Virus record (IMG/VR): IMGVR_UViG_2547132272_000010
Span: 1 to 7,153 of that record
Length of the DNA: 7,153 bases
Direction: 5' to 3' (one strand)
Source: a virus
Lineage: Duplodnaviria; Heunggongvirae; Uroviricota; Caudoviricetes
Positions 6,744 through 7,153 of this stretch are shown in pieces. The stretch's first letter is position 1. The number at the start of each line of letters is the position of its first letter. The notes under the pieces were generated by a model. The model saw only the letters and a list, made by a program, of their open reading frames with translations, had not been told where the DNA came from and ran no database searches. Position numbers and translations under genes: made by a program.

Positions 6744-6896
6744 ATGCAAAAAATCGACCTCGGCAATAACGAATCCCAGGTGTGCGGCGTGTTCCCCAAC
6801 CAGGATGGAACGTTCACCGCCATGACTTATACCAAAAGCAAAACATTTAAAACAGAAACAGGCGCACGTCGCTGGCTTGCCAGAAATACTTGCTAA
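6744..6896 (+). CDS. ydaF: YdaF-like small protein (50 aa)
   Basis: ATG at 6744, stop TAA at 6894-6896; SD GAGGTG 5 nt upstream. Translation MQKIDLGNNESQVCGVFPNQDGTFTAMTYTKSKTFKTETGARRWLARNTC. The supplied 6634..6825 ORF is in a different frame and lacks an RBS. Confidence 0.65.
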   Translation: MQKIDLGNNESQVCGVFPNQDGTFTAMTYTKSKTFKTETGARRWLARNTC

Positions 6897-7153
6897 TCCA
6901 TTATTTGGATTAATTCAATATTCTCGCTGTAGGGGTATAGCAGAAACCACCAAAGCCCGGAGGTGGTGAAATAAAACCGGGCACAACACGAAGGCGCATT
7001 TCCGATATCCATAAAGAGTCGGTCTTGTCTGTTAAATTTAAATGGTGGGAGTGCGCCTCCGGTTGTGAATAACAACACTGCTGTGTGTAGTCTTGGCGGC
7101 ATCAGTTTTTTCTTGAAGTTCGACTGATGTCCGCCCTTTTTAAAGTGAATTTT
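6893..7153 (-). CDS. 3' end of a minus-strand ORF running off the right edge; possibly a sieB-like superinfection-exclusion gene (partial)
   Basis: The reading frame is open from the window edge (7153) to stop TGA at 6895-6893, with no stop in my hand translation. Convergent with ydaF, stop codons overlapping. Identity as sieB is from Rac synteny only; the translation is not clearly protein-like. Confidence 0.3.
   Translation of the reverse strand, partial: KIHFKKGGHQSNFKKKLMPPRLHTAVLLFTTGGALPPFKFNRQDRLFMDIGNAPSCCARFYFTTSGLWWFLLYPYSENIELIQIMD

Larger units (their letters stand above)
1..7153. mobile_element. Segment of a Rac-type lambdoid prophage: immunity switch, replication module, nin-like accessory genes and AT-rich cargo
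   Basis: Gene order racR / ydaS-ydaT-ydaU-ydaV with divergent control region; phage-typical DUF551 and Ea22-like proteins; overlapping or tightly packed gene ends; mosaic base composition with AT-rich islets. No att sites or integrase are visible in this window. Confidence 0.8.

Noticed and set aside
6634-6825. Plus-strand 63-aa ORF from the ORF track
   Set aside because: It is out of frame relative to two shorter ORFs (6599..6733 and 6744..6896) that each have a good Shine-Dalgarno sequence and match Rac ydaG/ydaF synteny.
6955-6982. GC-rich stem (GCCCGG / CCGGGC) with a 16-nt loop, considered as a terminator or sRNA
   Set aside because: No adjacent T-run, and it lies inside the open frame of the right-edge ORF; insufficient evidence for an RNA gene.
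1-7153. CRISPR arrays, tRNA/rRNA genes, IS elements and att sites
   Set aside because: No regularly spaced direct repeats, no tRNA-like cloverleaf candidates, no transposase-like ORFs or terminal inverted repeats were seen; the prophage ends are outside this window.

Overview
The window reads as a segment of a Rac-type lambdoid prophage from an E. coli-like enterobacterium. At 5.5-6.4 kb sits an immunity switch: a CI-like repressor gene (racR-like, + strand) faces a minus-strand operon of Cro-like ydaS, CII-like ydaT, an O-like replication initiator (ydaU-like) and a DnaC-paralog helicase loader (ydaV-like). That operon continues through nin-region-like accessory genes: a winged-helix/DUF1627-like protein, an ead/Ea22-like protein, a small membrane protein and a DUF551 protein. 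Downstream of racR are a clean intrinsic terminator and two small ORFs (ydaG/ydaF-like, 44 and 50 aa) that are missing from the supplied ORF track. The best candidate for an undescribed system is the leftmost ~1 kb: a strongly AT-rich, evidently acquired two-gene operon encoding a 4-TM membrane protein and a translationally coupled 90-aa protein, neither of which I can assign to a family. A second notable signal is a set of 21-bp palindromes (TGTAACGC-N5-GCGTTACA) within and just upstream of the initiator gene, resembling an origin-within-O arrangement. No CRISPR array, tRNA or rRNA was seen. All family assignments rest on reading the translations and on synteny; no database search was run. 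Note that the ORF track marks TTG/GTG starts as M, so several listed starts are probably too long.
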